Below, piece after piece: positions 63,929 to 64,000 of a stretch of 64,000 nucleotides of DNA; positions within the stretch are counted from its first letter, which is position 1; the number at the start of each line of letters is the position of its first letter. The notes below the pieces were generated by a model. That model was not told the origin of the DNA, did not search any database, and saw only the letters and a list, made by a program, of their open reading frames with translations. Location of the stretch: contig CAVXTM010000004.1 in assembly GCA_963764725.1 (NCBI GenBank), positions 12,095 to 76,094 on the forward strand. Direction: 5' to 3'. This stretch comes from an uncultured Gammaproteobacteria bacterium. GTDB taxonomy: Bacteria; Pseudomonadota; Gammaproteobacteria; JACCXJ01. A program made the translations under genes and the position numbers.

Positions 63929-64000
63929 TTCTAACAGCGCGATCGACCGCGACGCCAGAAAGCGCTTCGCGCTTCCGGGCGCGCGTCATCGCGGACGTTA
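63929..64000 (+). repeat. attC site, R' cut by the window end
   Basis: TTCTAAC...GTTA; gcgccttctaac is the exact complement of gttagaaggcgc at 63427. Confidence 0.88.

Larger units (their letters stand above)
58528..64000 (+). mobile_element. Integron gene-cassette array, about 8 cassettes, continuing past the window end
   Basis: Co-oriented single genes separated by attC hairpins; at intact sites the R'' box complements the preceding R' box. Confidence 0.93.

Noticed and set aside
58893-64000. Spaced palindromes as CRISPR or REP repeats
   Set aside because: The units are not identical, are separated by whole genes and have RYYYAAC/GTTRRRY-type ends, so they are attC sites.

Overview
A 64 kb mosaic accessory region of a GC-rich bacterium. 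The xseB-ispA, parE/parC, cbpA-cbpM and copAB genes look gammaproteobacterial, while inserted blocks differ visibly in base composition. From left to right it holds: a partial GT4 glycosyltransferase and a single-module C-A(Thr)-T NRPS; decayed higA, ada-alkA and IS remnants; many membrane or secreted proteins; patatin plus GntP permease; a TPR-patatin-TM fusion; a P-type ATPase-ppk2-Na/Pi block; an accessory adenylosuccinate-lyase homologue; an unannotated sRNA candidate; cobQ/cobU/radC remnants; an AbrB-PIN toxin-antitoxin pair; GT4-GH130; an Hsp20/CbpAM cluster; a duplicated GlxA-regulator-hypX unit followed by folD with no hydrogenase genes in the window; copAB; ispA-xseB; katG; an Fe-S oxidoreductase; and parE. 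The last 5.7 kb is an integron cassette array (about 8 cassettes, including SIR2, TIGR02391 and HEPN-like genes). Its integrase appears reduced to a 29-codon stub fused head-on to a truncated parC. Short decayed copies of nearby genes recur at the edges of inserted blocks. Many genes carry single-base frameshifts that may be sequencing errors. All family calls come from motif recognition, not database searches.
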